From Octopus bimaculoides (lineage: Eukaryota): a stretch of DNA of 35,442 bases. The notes below the pieces were generated by a model. It ran no database searches. It saw nothing but the letters and a program-made list of their open reading frames with translations, and had not been told where the DNA came from. Position numbers and translations under genes: made by a program. The first letter of the stretch is position 1, and each line of letters opens with the position of its first letter. Where the stretch lies: contig NC_068995.1 in assembly GCF_001194135.2 (NCBI RefSeq), positions 45,893,952-45,929,393 of the forward strand, read 5' to 3'. Positions 1 to 13,520 of this stretch are shown in pieces.

Positions 1-116
1 TCACAGTCAAGAGTCAATGGTGAAGATAATGTTGTGAGATTATTTATTAAGCCATTGGCTGTGTTCATTGGGATACGGATATGGCGTCGATCAGCACCAC
101 CAGCACCAGCACCACC

Positions 117-150
<34 letters not shown>

Positions 151-681
151 TCATCATTATCCTTTTCCTCTTCCCTCTCGTCGTCATTCCCCTCCTCCTC
201 CTCCTCCTCTTCTCCTTCAGCTTCATTGCCATTAGATGATGGAGAATGAGCTAGAGTGAGAAAAAGGACAAAAAAAGCGAGAGTGTGTGAGAGAGAGAAA
301 GAGAGAGAGACAGACAGAGAGACAGAAAGACAGAGAGAGAATGAACATGACGTTGAATACTGGCATTTAATTATGTCCCTGCATATTTTTCTAATTAGTT
401 AAACCTCACCCCCTCAAAATGTAATTAACATATTTGCTAACAAAAATATCCGTACTTTGCGTTTCAATAAATAATTAGTTAAAAAAACATATAAAAAAAT
501 GCAAAAACGTCAGTGTTTGACCCTCTGGCCAATAACTGGTGAGGATTTGGTAACCTTCTGTGTTTGTTTTCCGTTTGTTTGGGTATTTATGTTTTTTTAA
601 ACTTATAACTAACATAGATCTTGAGCGCCTTTCACAATCCTATGATGGACACTCTACACAAGCAGCTCCTCTGCTTGACAT

Positions 682-743
682 GGAACTGAACCCCGAACCA
701 TGTGATTGGGAAGCAAACTTCTTACCACACAGCCATGTCTGCG
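682..743 (-). mobile_element. SINE family B head fragment
   Basis: The reverse complement of ACTGAACCCCGAACCATGTGATTGGGAAGCAAACTTCTTACCACACAGCCA matches the family B head. Confidence 0.65.
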
Positions 744-989
744 TCTGTAACTGTATTTCTTCCCTTTTTTAACGTCTACTTATTCATTTTGTGCTCGATT
801 GGTCATGGACAATACTGTCTTCGAGATTAACTTAAAAAAAAAAAAAGAAAATGTCAAATCGTATTTTCATTGCTGCCATCGCTAAGCTACTGTAGCAGAC
901 TTTTACAAATCGTTCCACGCATTAGAATCGAACTAGAAGCGCTGCTGAAATTTTCGTGTGGTGGTGGTGGTGGTGGGGGAAGCAGGACG

Positions 990-1260
990 ATGTAATCGAC
1001 CTCAGTGCTTAACAGGTACTTATTTTAACGAACCCCGAAAGAACCAATGTAAAGTTTACCTCAACGGAATGTGAATTCAGAATGTAAAAGCGGAAGAAAT
1101 GCTGGTAAGCGTTTTGCGGCTTGTCGATTTCATCGACCCCAAATATTCAACTGGTATTTTATGTTATCGACTCCGAAAGGATGGAGGGCAAAGTCAACCG
1201 TAACAAGGTTCGAATCCAGAGCGCCCCGCCACGCATAATATCCGGCGCATTAACGACTTT
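990..1260 (-). mobile_element. Two tandem diverged family A SINE fragments
   Basis: Two successive segments (about 990-1120 and 1123-1260) are each reverse-complementary to 10440-10590 (ATCGAC.CC..TGGTA..TTATCGAC.CCGAAAG..GGCAAAGTC). Confidence 0.65.
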
Positions 1261-1270
1261 GATAATTGAT

Positions 1271-1921
1271 GTACATACATACATACATACATACATACAT
1301 ACATACATACATACATACATACATGCATGCATAACAGATCCAATCCATCATCGGAACTGTAAAAATCTATAAAACTTTCCAGAAGTTTTATCATTTAAAT
1401 ATATATGAGCATGTCTAGATATACACCTATAAGCATGAGAATACATACATAAAGCAAAACATACAAATCTGCACACATACATACATACATACATACATAC
1501 ATACATACATTCATACATACATACATACATACAAACAAACGAACAAAAACACCCTGTTGCTGACGTTGAGATTCCAATGAAGGAGTCTTGGATCTAAGTT
1601 AGACTGCGGCTCTTTCTCTATTGGCAAGAAATCTCGATATAAAACCGACCAATGATATACATACATACATACATACATACATACATACATTCATGCATGC
1701 ATGCATACATACATACATACATACTTACATACATACATACATACATACATAAGTATATAATGCAAAACAAGCACATATACACGCATGTATAGGAAGCTAG
1801 ATAAATGGCCGCTATAAAAGCTAGATACAGAAATGACGGACACAGAGAATAAGCGCACATACATACATACAGAGTGAGTGAGAAAGAGAGAGAGAGAGAG
1901 AGAGATGGAGAGAGAGAAAAA

Positions 1922-1952
<31 letters not shown>

Positions 1953-1980
1953 TGAGGGCGCATGAATGATGAGAGAGTGA
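1271..1980. repeat. (TACA)n and (GA)n microsatellite block
   Basis: Direct reading; source of the MYVC-type ORFs. Confidence 0.95.
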
Positions 1981-2111
1981 GTTAAACAGGTAGATCGATG
2001 ATAATAACAATGATAATGGTGTTGTTATAACTCGTTTTGATGGACATTTTGATATACTATTCATTTTACGTTGTTCTATTTTCACTGACTGCAGCGATTT
2101 ACGTGCACAGG

Positions 2112-2158
<47 letters not shown>

Positions 2159-2366
2159 GCAGCATTCGGTTCCTCTTCTTCTTCCTCCTCCTCCTCCTCC
2201 CTCTCTTCCCCATCCTCCTCCGTCTCTTCCCCATCCTCCTCCTATATTTCATATCGTATTTTACGTCCTTCATAATTTCTTCGTTTGTCTTTCATCTTTT
2301 CCTTCTTACTCCTTTTCTGTTTCACTGTTTCTCTGCATTCCCCCTCCTTCCGCCGCAGCCGTCACC

Positions 2367-4452
2367 NNNNNNNNNNNNNNNNNNNNNNNNNNNNNNNNNN
2401 NNNNNNNNNNNNNNNNNNNNNNNNNNNNNNNNNNNNNNNNNNNNNNNNNNNNNNNNNNNNNNNNNNNNNNNNNNNNNNNNNNNNNNNNNNNNNNNNNNNN
2501 NNNNNNNNNNNNNNNNNNNNNNNNNNNNNNNNNNNNNNNNNNNNNNNNNNNNNNNNNNNNNNNNNNNNNNNNNNNNNNNNNNNNNNNNNNNNNNNNNNNN
2601 NNNNNNNNNNNNNNNNNNNNNNNNNNNNNNNNNNNNNNNNNNNNNNNNNNNNNNNNNNNNNNNNNNNNNNNNNNNNNNNNNNNNNNNNNNNNNNNNNNNN
2701 NNNNNNNNNNNNNNNNNNNNNNNNNNNNNNNNNNNNNNNNNNNNNNNNNNNNNNNNNNNNNNNNNNNNNNNNNNNNNNNNNNNNNNNNNNNNNNNNNNNN
2801 NNNNNNNNNNNNNNNNNNNNNNNNNNNNNNNNNNNNNNNNNNNNNNNNNNNNNNNNNNNNNNNNNNNNNNNNNNNNNNNNNNNNNNNNNNNNNNNNNNNN
2901 NNNNNNNNNNNNNNNNNNNNNNNNNNNNNNNNNNNNNNNNNNNNNNNNNNNNNNNNNNNNNCTGGACGAAGCCCGTTGTGTGTGTGTGTGTGTGTGTGTA
3001 TGTGTGTGTGTGTGTGTCTGCTTGTGTTTGTCCCCCACTCTACTGCTTGACAACTGGTGTTGGTTTGTTTATGTCTCCGTAACTTAACGGTTCGGCAAAA
3101 GTATCGATAAAACAAGTACCAAACTTTAAAAAAGTTAGCAGTATTGGGGTTGATATTTGTTCGACTTTAACCTTTGAAGGCGATGCTCCTGCATGGCCGT
3201 ATTTCAATGATCGAAACAAACAGCTTACATTTGTAGCAGTGGGAGGTAAAGACATTTTCCTAAGTTGTCCCCCCTCCCTGTCTCTCTCTCTGTTTGAAAG
3301 TCTTTCTTCCTCTCCGCTGGACGTACAATTCCGTTAACTCCACCCTCTCTGCCTTTTCCACCTTTACGCTTGTTACTCCTACCATCCTGTATTCACCATC
3401 TTCATTCATTCAGACGCAACTACCACCTCTTTGTCTCTCTCTCCCTCTCTCTCTGTCTCGTCTACTCCTATCACTCACTCCGCCCACTCCTTTCTCTTGC
3501 TTTCTCTGCTCTACCTTTCACTCGTATCTCACGCCGGCCACCTCTCTCTCTCTCTCTCTCTCTCTCNNNNNNNNNNNNNNNNNNNNNNNNNNNNNNNNNN
3601 NNNNNNNNNNNNNNNNNNNNNNNNNNNNNNNNNNNNNNNNNNNNNNNNNNNNNNNNNNNNNNNNNNNNNNNNNNNNNNNNNNNNNNNNNNNNNNNNNNNN
3701 NNNNNNNNNNNNNNNNNNNNNNNNNNNNNNNNNNNNNNNNNNNNNNNNNNNNNNNNNNNNNNNNNNNNNNNNNNNNNNNNNNNNNNNNNNNNNNNNNNNN
3801 NNNNNNNNNNNNNNNNNNNNNNNNNNNNNNNNNNNNNNNNNNNNNNNNNNNNNNNNNNNNNNNNNNNNNNNNNNNNNNNNNNNNNNNNNNNNNNNNNNNN
3901 NNNNNNNNNNNNNNNNNNNNNNNNNNNNNNNNNNNNNNNNNNNNNNNNNNNNNNNNNNNNNNNNNNNNNNNNNNNNNNNNNNNNNNNNNNNNNNNNNNNN
4001 NNNNNNNNNNNNNNNNNNNNNNNNNNNNNNNNNNNNNNNNNNNNNNNNNNNNNNNNNNNNNNNNNNNNNNNNNNNNNNNNNNNNNNNNNNNNNNNNNNNN
4101 NNNNNNNNNNNNNNNNNNNNNNNNNNNNNNNNNNNNNNNNNNNNNNNNNNNNNNNNNNNNNNNNNNNNNNNNNNNNNNNNNNNNNNNNNNNNNNNNNNNN
4201 NNNNNNNNNNNNNNNNNNNNNNNNNNNNNNNNNNNNNNNNNNNNNNNNNNNNNNNNNNNNNNNNNNNNNNNNNNNNNNNNNNNNNNNNNNNNNNNNNNNN
4301 NNNNNNNNNNNNNNNNNNNNNNNNNNNNNNNNNNNNNNNNNNNNNNNNNNNNNNNNNNNNNNNNNNNNNNNNNNNNNNNNNNNNNNNNNNNNNNNNNNNN
4401 NNNNNNNNNNNNNNNNNNNNNNNNNNNNNNNNNNNNNNNNNNNNNNNNNNNN
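2367..4452. other. Assembly gaps (2367-2961 and 3567-4452), representative of over 20 N runs that mostly abut microsatellites
   Basis: N runs. All X-containing ORFs in the track are artefacts of these. Confidence 0.99.
2962..3230 (+). mobile_element. SINE family B body/3' part
   Basis: TGTTTGTCCCCC..GCTTGACAAC..CCGTAACTTAACGGTTCGGCAAAA..GCATGGCCG matches 28405-28620. Confidence 0.75.
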
Positions 4453-4867
4453 ACACGCTTTCACCATAGCTGCTCTCCCCCTCTCTCATATACGTTTTCT
4501 CTCATGCTTTCTCTCTCTCTGTTTCATTCACTCTCACTTCTTCTCGATTCTTAATTCACGAGATTCTTAAGCGCCCCCTCCCTCCACACGCACACACGCA
4601 CACACACGCATGCACATACATATACACATACGCGCGCGTAGCTTTGTAGTTAACAGATTCACTGGACAATAATAAGTAGGGGAGATTCCTGGTTCGATCA
4701 CGCGTCACAGCACTTTGGGGGACATTGACGGCCCAGTGTCTTAAATAATTTCATTGACGGAAAATGCACAACCGTATCCCATACACACACATACATACAT
4801 ACATACATACACATACATACATACATACATACACATACATATATACATACATACATGCATACATACG

Positions 4868-5026
4868 TAGGCGTGGCTGGGTGATAAGAAGCTTACTTCC
4901 CATCTACATAGTTCCGGGTTCAGTCCCACTTCGTGGTACCATGAGCAAGTGTCTTCTACTATAGCCTCGAACCGACCAATACCTTGTGAGTGGATTTGGT
5001 AGACGGAAACTGAAAGAAGCCCGTCA

Positions 5027-5027
<1 letters not shown>
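4868..5027 (+). mobile_element. tRNA-derived SINE head and core (family B)
   Basis: A-box-like TGGCTGGGTGATAAG, B-box-like GGTTCAGTCCC, core GCAAGTGTCTTCTACTATAGCC resembling CORE-SINE cores. Homologous copies at 9952-10110 and 28218-28292. Confidence 0.8.
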
Positions 5028-5067
<40 letters not shown>

Positions 5068-5279
5068 GTCTGTGTCTGCCTGTTTGCCTGTCTGCCTTCC
5101 TATCTGTCTGTCTGTCTGCCTGTCTGCATTTCTGTCTGTCTGTCTGTCTGTGTCTGCCTGTTTGCCTGTCTGCCTTCCTATCTATCTGTCTGTCTGTCTG
5201 TATCTGCCTGTTTGCCTGTCTGCCTGTCTGCCTGTCTGCCTGCCTGTCTGCCTGCCTGTCTGTCTGTCTGTCTGTCTGT
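5028..5279. repeat. Compound (TATC)n/(TGTC)n/(TGCC)n microsatellite
   Basis: Direct reading. Confidence 0.95.
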
Positions 5280-5742
5280 NNNNNNNNNNNNNNNNNNNNN
5301 NNNNNNNNNNNNNNNNNNNNNNNNNNNNNNNNNNNNNNNNNNNNNNNNNNNNNNNNNNNNNNNNNNNNNNNNNNNNNNNNNNNNNNNNNNNNNNNNNNNN
5401 NNNNNNNNNNNNNNNNNNNNNNNNNNNNNNNNNNNNNNNNNNNNNNNNNNNNNNNNNNNNNNNNNNNNNNNNNNNNNNNNNNNNNNNNNNNNNNNNNNNN
5501 NNNNNNNNNNNNNNNNNNNNNNNNNNNNNNNNNNNNNNNNNNNNNNNNNNNNNNNNNNNNNNNNNNNNNNNNNNNNNNNNNNNNNNNNNNNNNNNNNNNN
5601 NNNNNNNNNNNNNNNNNNNNNNNNNNNNNNNNNNNNNNNNNNNNNNNNNNNNNNNNNNNNNNNNNNNNNNNNNNNNNNNNNNNNNNNNNNNNNNNNNNNN
5701 NNNNNNNNNNNNNNNNNNNNNNNNNNNNNNNNNNNTGTGTGT

Positions 5743-6045
5743 GGAGGCGCAATGGCCTAGTGGTTAGGGCAGTGGACTCGCGGTCGGAGGATCGCGGTTT
5801 CGATTCCCAGACCGGGCGTTGTGAGTGTTTATTGAGCGAAAACACCTAAGCTCCACGAGGCTCCGGCAGGGGGTGGGGGTGGCGACCCCTGTTGTACTCT
5901 TTCGCCCCAACTTTTTCTCACTCTTTCTTCCTGTTTCTTGAGTAACGCTGCGATGGACTGGCGTCCTGTCCAGTTGCGGGGAACACATAGAAACCGGGAA
6001 ACCGGGCCTATGAGCCTGGCTAGGCTTTGAAAGGGCGAAAAAAAA
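5743..6045 (+). mobile_element. Young, apparently full-length tRNA-derived SINE (family C)
   Basis: tRNA-like head with A box TGGCCTAGTGG and B box GGTTTCGATTCCC, central GCGATGGACTGGCGTCCTGTCCAG block and A-rich tail. The 3' part recurs almost identically at 34538-34604. Confidence 0.85.
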
Positions 6046-6709
6046 TATACATATATAAATACATACACACACATGCATACACATATACATATCCATTCAT
6101 TTTTGCGCATACACACACAATGCGCATACACATCCATCCACCTATCATCCATCCAACCATTCATACATAAATATATACATACACATACAAGTATATACAT
6201 AAACTGATACATACGCTCACTCACGCATATAGAACACACATCTGCATACACTGATGCTCGCGCATGCGCACACACACTTGCATACACATCGTCATGATAT
6301 TTAACACACTAGTAAATATGTGCTTCGAGTCATTCTCACCCCCACCTCTTAATCTCATACTCACTTTTTTCACTTCCTCTCTCACTCTCAATCATAGACG
6401 CACAAACACGAAAGCATATACACACACAAACACACACACACACACAAGCACATACACACAGGCATACCTTCTCTCCTTTAACCATTTCTTGTCCATCTTG
6501 CAAATTTACCTTTTCTTAATTACGCTACACTGTCTCTCTCTCTCCCCCCGCCTTTCTCTCTCTGTTCCTATCTTTTCCCATTTCCCTTTTTTTTTGTAAT
6601 TCTTCACTTTTCCTCTGAAGAACATTCCAAGATTTCTTGCCTTCTGGCTCCAATACTTTACAATTTCTCTTGGACGCCTTATTTCCTCTTTTAATCATCC
6701 ACCCTGCGT

Positions 6710-6711
6710 CC

Positions 6712-6794
<83 letters not shown>

Positions 6795-7160
6795 TTACCT
6801 ATCATCTCTATACAGCTCCCCCTTCTCTCTCGAACTCTTTCTCTATTCTCTAATATTTCCCCCTTACATTTCTCTCGCTTTCCATCCTCTCCTTCACTCT
6901 CTCTCTCTCTCTCTATACACTTTTTCTTTCCACTACAGTTCACTCAAAAACCAGATTTACACCTTCTCCGTCTCTGCACCCACGTCTTTGCATATACTTC
7001 GACTTTCCCTCTCATCTCTTACTAATTACTCACTCATTCTCTGTCACTTTTACTAAACCAAAATTCACTCACTCACTCACTCATTCACTCACTCAATCAC
7101 TCACTCATTCACTCACTCAATCACTCACTCATTCACTCACTCTCTCACTCACTCACTCAC
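6710..7160. repeat. (CTTT)n, CT-rich and (TCAC)n simple repeats
   Basis: Direct reading. Confidence 0.9.
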
Positions 7161-7689
7161 ACTTAATGACCAAGCTTCATTATTTGAAACCTCCTCTGAT
7201 ATGTGGCATTTGGTCAATGAGGGAATTTGATGCCGCTGCCCTCACCTGTGTCTCCTAACGTTAGGTAGGCTCGTCTGGAACCCTTAAAAACAAATCATCT
7301 ATATATGTTTATATAGATGATTGTATACATATACATATATATGTCCCCTACCCATCTCTCCTCCTTCCATACATACATATATACATACATATATATACAT
7401 ATACATATATATGTAGATATATNNNNNNNNNNNNNNNNNNNNNNNNNNNNNNNNNNNNNNNNNNNNNNNNNNNNNNNNNNNNNNNNNNNNNNNNNNNNNN
7501 NNNNNNNNNNNNNNNNNNNNTATATATATATATATGTATATACATATATCTATGTCTATGTATATACAGAGATACATGCATACTCACACACACAGACACA
7601 TATATAAAACTAAATTCTTTGTCTCACGATTCACGTATTCCTCTATTGCGATTTTCTCGTCTGAAGATCGCATTTGCATGAAACTACAG

Positions 7690-8300
7690 TCGTAAAACAA
7701 ATAGTCATTTTCAATGCACTGCATACTCCACAAACCCACGTGTGTGACGGCCATTGTGGCAATCGGAGTTTCTCAGTTGTGACGAGTTCCATGATTATTC
7801 TTTTGATATGCTTTGGGTCAACGACAGAAAATTTGCAACGAACCCAAATTATTCTTCACATATGAAACCATAATCTTCACCAAGACCTTCAGATAGGCAG
7901 AACTGTTCATGAAATCCTTGATTTGATATATGGGACTGAACCCTTTTTTCAGATATATTCCCCTACCATCGTTCGTAATTGTTAGGTTCACTAATTGTAA
8001 GTAAAATTTTTCTTCCTGTACAACTTCAGGCTTCGACCGCCGAAACTGAATATCTTAAATTTCAACTAATCGATCACATATGTTTCATCAGTTTGACAAG
8101 CGTTCAATTCTTGTACTTCAGAAAAAAATTCAATGCGGTCATGTCAATATTTTTAAAAGAAAAGTACGGTTTTCTAAGCAGGACATATTTCACAAGTTCA
8201 AACTTTAATCAATTTTTGAAGGCAGTGACAGTAGGCCGCATTTGGCCTTTCCGTCAATCACCCTTCACCATGGAATCAATGATTGAACTTCCTGTTCTCC
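7690..8300 (-). mobile_element. Highly decayed Tc1-family transposase fossil
   Basis: Across frameshifts the minus strand gives, in Tc1 order, RKPYFSFKN, HDRIEFFSEVQE..TDETYV, MNSSAYLKVLVKIMVSYVKNNLGSLQIF, DPKHIKRIIMELVTTEKLRLPQWPS and IEN (compare RKP.L, RLEFA, W.DET, MNS..Y..IL....L, DNDPKH, WPSQSPDLNPIEN). Many stops; ends not defined. Confidence 0.62.
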
Positions 8301-8800
8301 ATCGACAAACATTGAATGTATAAGTCCATCCTTTCAAGATATTTGAAAAAGGTCAGCTATCATTTTCATTAAAGATCTCTACAATAAAATGATAGACAGT
8401 TACTGAGCTTTGAGGTACAGCAGGCATTGTTCAAAATTTCTATTTTAGTTTGTGCGAATAGACAGTTTATAATGATAAGCATTTTTGACTTACTCATCAC
8501 AAAAGAATATAATTAATTAGTAATTAATAGTTTGCAACACTTAAATAGTGTTTAATACCGGATATTAAAATACATTTTTCTAAAATGTATTATGAATAAT
8601 TGCATTATCCGAATTAAAACTCCCGTGTTTAAACACACACACACACACACACACACACNNNNNNNNNNCACACATATATATATGCATGAATTTTAAATTG
8701 GAAGTGATAAATTAAACGGAAAAAATTTAACATTTAATCATCATTATACACTCGTTTTTAAATTAACTTGCGCTATGTATGCATGCATGTATGTATGTAC

Positions 8801-8847
<47 letters not shown>

Positions 8848-8949
8848 TGTATGTATGTATGTATCTCTCTCTCTCTCTCTCTCCCTCTCTCTATCTATCT
8901 ATCTATCTAAGCACAGACTTACATCCCACATACTCATACAAATTTTCTA

Positions 8950-9700
8950 AGCTTTGTCTTTCCCCTAAATTTCTCCTCTTCCTCCTTCTTCCCCCCCCAT
9001 CTTCTCCACCTCTCGAATTACCCCATCTTCTATCTTCTATCTTCTTACTCTTTCTACTCCTCTCTCTCGTCTATCCCACTTTCCCTTTCTCTTTCTCTCT
9101 CTATTATTCATACCTTTTGCCTGACTCCACCTCTTCACATTCACTTCTCTTACTCACTCACACCATCACTAAATCTCTCTCTCATAAAACCTTCCTCTTT
9201 CTCTCTCTCACTCTCTCTTTCTCTTGCATTTATATCTCATTACCAACTTGTTGTACCGTCTCTACCACCTTTCTCCCCTATGATCCCTATTCTATCTTCC
9301 TCTCACATTCCCCCGTCATATCTCTATACCTCTTCCTATCTCTCTCCTTCTCCTAATTATCAATTTTCCATTTACAGCAATTTTTTTCACTCCTCTTATC
9401 GTCTTCCTACTCTCACCTTCCCCCTCTCCTCGAACCCGTCATTCATTCGTTCTCCTCCCTCTTCTTTCTTCCTCACACCATCACCACCTTATATAAGACC
9501 ACCCCAATCCCCTTCTCTCCTCTTCATATTTACAACTCTCGCCATAACTACCTCCTCCGCCTCCTCACCTTCTCCCACTCTCTTCCTTCCACCCTTTCTG
9601 GTCGTAACAATCAGTACCCCCTCCCCTACTTTCCTCTTCAAAGGTCCTACTGCCACCTCTACTCTACTCTTTAATTCACAATTAACAGCTCGCCTGACTC
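8950..9700. repeat. About 750-bp pyrimidine-rich low-complexity tract
   Basis: Strongly C/T-biased + strand with very few G. Confidence 0.85.
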
Positions 9701-9951
9701 ATCTCGGAGCTAAGTGATCAACTTTATCTTCTGCCAGCCTTCAACATACCGAACACTGCTTCAGCCCCTACCCATTCTCAGATTCGACATCCTCTTGTGC
9801 CGTCCGGAATTGTAATAGAAAATTTCAGCCCTTATTCTGACGAGGAGGAAACATTTCGCACACGTATACACACACATACACACATACATATACATGCATG
9901 CAAAGAAATGCACGCACACACACACATACACACGCACACTCATACATATGT

Positions 9952-10110
9952 GTATGTGGCTCTATGGTAAAAAGTTTGGTTCTCAACTACATGTTTCTAG
10001 GTTCAGTCCTACTGACTTGCATCTCGTGCATGTGTCTTCTGACATAGTCCCGGGCTGATCAAAGACTTGTAAGTGGATTTGGTTGATGGAAACTGAAAAG
10101 AATCCGTCGT
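9952..10110 (+). mobile_element. Diverged SINE family B head
   Basis: Aligns by eye with 4868-5027 (GGTTCAGTCC..GTGTCTTCT..GTGGATTTGGT.GA.GGAAACTGAAA). Confidence 0.7.
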
Positions 10111-10439
10111 GTGTGTGTATGTGAGTGCGAATATATATATATGTGTGTGTTTCACTAGCCTGTTATTAATGACTGGTCTCGAGTTTATTATTTTGGTATA
10201 TTTTCGCAGTTCCTTACGAGTCCTTTAGTTTGGCCCAATGGCATCCTTATGACCATTAATGTCTCAGTTCCTTCTCGACCTCATTATCAGAACGAAATAC
10301 CAGTAATATTAGCGTGTTATTCGTGCGCTTTATAACAGGGCACAAAGGATAGTGGGAATAATATTATAAAGGTAAATTGTCAAAGCTAGATTTGAAAAGG
10401 TATTGTGGGTAACACCTGGTGAACGTCATGCTTTGTTAA

Positions 10440-10671
10440 AGCCGGCGTGATGGCAGAATCGTTACCACGCCAGATAAAATGCTTAGAGGTATTTCTCCCG
10501 ACTCTTTCCGTTTCGAGTTCAAATGCTGCCGAAGTTGACTTTGCCTTTCATCTTTCCGAGGTCGATAAAATAAGTACCAATAAAGCACTCGTTTAATGCG
10601 TGAAGATTCGAAGATTTTTTCGACATACCCCCAAGATCTCAGGCCTTGTGCCTATTGTAGAAAGAATTATT
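10440..10671 (+). mobile_element. tRNA-derived SINE (family A)
   Basis: A box TGGCAGAATCG, B box GAGTTCAAATGC, body GACTTTGCCTTTCATC.TTC.GAGGTCGATAAAATAAGTACC, tail CAGGCCTTGTGCC..AGAAAGAATTATT. Confidence 0.8.
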
Positions 10672-11220
10672 TCAAGTTTGCTGCATCTTTTTAGCTTCTA
10701 ATTTACTACTAATATAGCCTGCAAACTGAATGCTTTTTATTTTGAGGAATTCTCCTTGGGATACTTCTGATATTAACTAATATTTATCTCAGTTTAATTC
10801 GGGTTCTGTATTATAATGTATCGTAAGGGCTTCTTTTCGTGGAAATTCATGGCCAGTCGAAGAAAACGTGTACTTATCTGTCTTTTGAGCCGTGAAGAGT
10901 TGAAAACGTTTTCTGTTCAAAATGGCTGACTAAAGAAACTGTAGTTGTAGCGCTGATGGAAATGTTTAATTTCAACCTGTTTAGTGCAGAGTACACGAGT
11001 TTCAGCATTTAATTTGTGAACTTTAATTTGTGCACATACGTACACACATACATATGAAACCTTATATGTATGTGTGTACGTATGTGCACGTGTGTATGCA
11101 TCGCGCGTGTACATATGCATATTAGTATACCACCGTATCTATCAGATTGTTAGGTGTTCGCTTCTTCGCTTTATTGTTGTAACTTTCGAATTATGCCACA
11201 TACATACATACATACATAAT

Positions 11221-11257
<37 letters not shown>

Positions 11258-11306
11258 CGCACACACACATACACACACACACACACACATATATGTACGC
11301 ATACAT

Positions 11307-11345
<39 letters not shown>

Positions 11346-11365
11346 NNNNNNNNNNACGCATACAT

Positions 11366-11405
<40 letters not shown>

Positions 11406-11526
11406 ACACGCAGAAATTGGTCTCGGTACTCTGAGTTTCAAATTTTGTTTCGGTGGAAAATCAGAATTGAACTATTCAGGAAGACATATTGGTTAGATTT
11501 TAAACTTCATCAAATTTGTGTGTGTA

Positions 11527-11558
<32 letters not shown>

Positions 11559-11686
11559 CGTGTGCATGTGATTGTTTGTGCGTGTGTGTATGTGTGTGTG
11601 TTTGTGTGTGTGCGTAGATATATATATATATGTGTATATTTATATTGATACATATGTTTACATATATATGTGTGTGTATATACATA

Positions 11687-11737
<51 letters not shown>

Positions 11738-12741
11738 GTGTATACACATAAACACATGAACATAATGCTCGTAAGTGTGCATGTGTGTTTGGAAGTTAAG
11801 ATTGGATGTCTGGGAACTGAATTACATTCGCCCCATCTCAATGTTCCAGCGATAAACGACAACCGTTTCCAGTATCCATTTATAAGACCACAGCAACGTA
11901 TTTCACTTAGGAAAGTGGCAAAAAGAAAAAAGAAAAAAAAATCAATTAAACGGAACTCGTCACCAGCGAGATTGATTTTGAAGAAGAGGGTCAAAACTAC
12001 TGTTAAAAGATCAAGGTTTGTACGCTATGAAGCAGTGGAGTTTCCATTATAAACAACAGTGAAGGGTCGAAGATGGTTAATAGATTTTGGCCAAAATCCC
12101 ATCGTTGCTCGCAGATTTATTTACTTTCTCTTTCTCTTCCCAGAGATGAGTGGCCAATAAATTGTTTTAAATTAGTTTTCAAGAAGGGTCTACTGCTAGA
12201 GACTAGAAAATGTGCGTACTCCATCCACCACGCGTCCATATATCCACATATGCACACATCCAGTACATAGCTTGCCGTACTTCAGGCTAAAATTGCTAAT
12301 ATTTTTCGCTTCCTCTTTCGCCTAACGCTTTATTTATTTCATGTAGCAACTTAAAGGAATGCGGTGCTTCTAAAGAAACTGCCTTGTGACCTACTACTAG
12401 ATTAAATAGAAAGTCTTTGGGATATTTCATATTGGTGTATTGTAAGTAAAAAGAAGCAACAACAACAACAACTACAATAACAGCATTACTAACAACATAC
12501 AAACAGACTCAAAAAGCATAGAAAACAATACATTCTATGAATCGTATAATATGTTACTTTCGTCATTATTTTGCTACATTAAGGCTATAGTTTCATAATA
12601 ACTTGGATCGTCGAAAGAAGGTAATTATGTATTATATTATAACTGAACAACTAAAATAGAAAGGAAATTAATAGACTGTCTATTTGATTCTGAAATTACG
12701 ATAGGACATTTGCCTATGAAAAATAAAATAAAATGAAATAG

Positions 12742-12772
<31 letters not shown>

Positions 12773-13461
12773 TTCCTTGACTTAATATCAAGCGATTTGC
12801 AATCGTGAAATATTTTTATCGATCTTTTGGGGATTTTTTTACTCTCCTTCAAGCAACTTAAAGATTAGAATGCGTAAGTGTCATTTAAATATGGATTTTT
12901 AATTACTCTGTTACAACAACCGTCCGCTAGAGTTCGCTACCGCATCACAATGAACAATTGTTCTGTTTTAGTTTAATATTTAACATCTGCTTGTTGTTGT
13001 TGTTGTTGCTGTTGTTGTTGTGGGTATTGCTGCTGTTGCTCAAGGTCTTCTTCTTCTTCTTCTTCTTCTTCTTCTTCTTCTTCTTCTTCTGCTTCTTCGT
13101 TTTCCTCCTCCTTGTCCTCATCCACCATTTCATTAAATTTAGTTTGATTTAGTGATGGAAAAAATCAAAACAGTTTGTTATATTAGACAGAGGAGATAAT
13201 AATGTCCAATAGCTAGTTTTCATGATGAAAATGAACTGGCTTTTGGTTGTTAGAGGAAGAAAGAAAAAAAAAAGAAGGAAAAGAAGAAAATAAATAAATA
13301 AATAAATAAATTAATAAAAAATGTCCGTAACATAATTGGAAAACAACATTTTCTGGTGAAGGTATTAATTTGGAAGTTAGGCAGTTTATTACAGAGGAAT
13401 AAGAAAATTACGGTCGTGTTGTTGTTGTTGTTGTTGTTGCCGTTAGTTTTCTTCACACAGC

Positions 13462-13520
<59 letters not shown>

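Noticed and set aside
34-249. Poly-Pro/Ser or poly-His ORF at the window start as a possible Rx exon 1
   Set aside because: Simple (CAC)/(CAT)/(CCT) repeats, no octapeptide, and the His-rich frame lacks a Met and ends in a stop.
5743-5818. Possible tRNA gene
   Set aside because: Acceptor and anticodon stems do not close properly, and it continues into a SINE body that recurs elsewhere.
2037-5849. Long ORFs of 180-470 aa containing X runs (also 18582-21229, 23540-24502, 29464-30279, 31716-34686)
   Set aside because: They stay open only because they cross N gaps; their flanks are microsatellite translations.
8045-8092. Minus-strand CTGATGA...GTT-GAAA hammerhead-like match
   Set aside because: It coincides with the TDET codons of the Tc1 fossil and lacks a stem III/UH site.
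9838-9860. CTGACGA-GGAG-GAAA-CATTTC as a second hammerhead
   Set aside because: No stem II can form between the core and GAAA, and there is no convincing stem I.
11630-12270. 140-aa and 164-aa ORFs with basic or complex-looking segments
   Set aside because: They are anchored in (CA)n repeats, with no recognisable domain in any frame and no clear splice sites.
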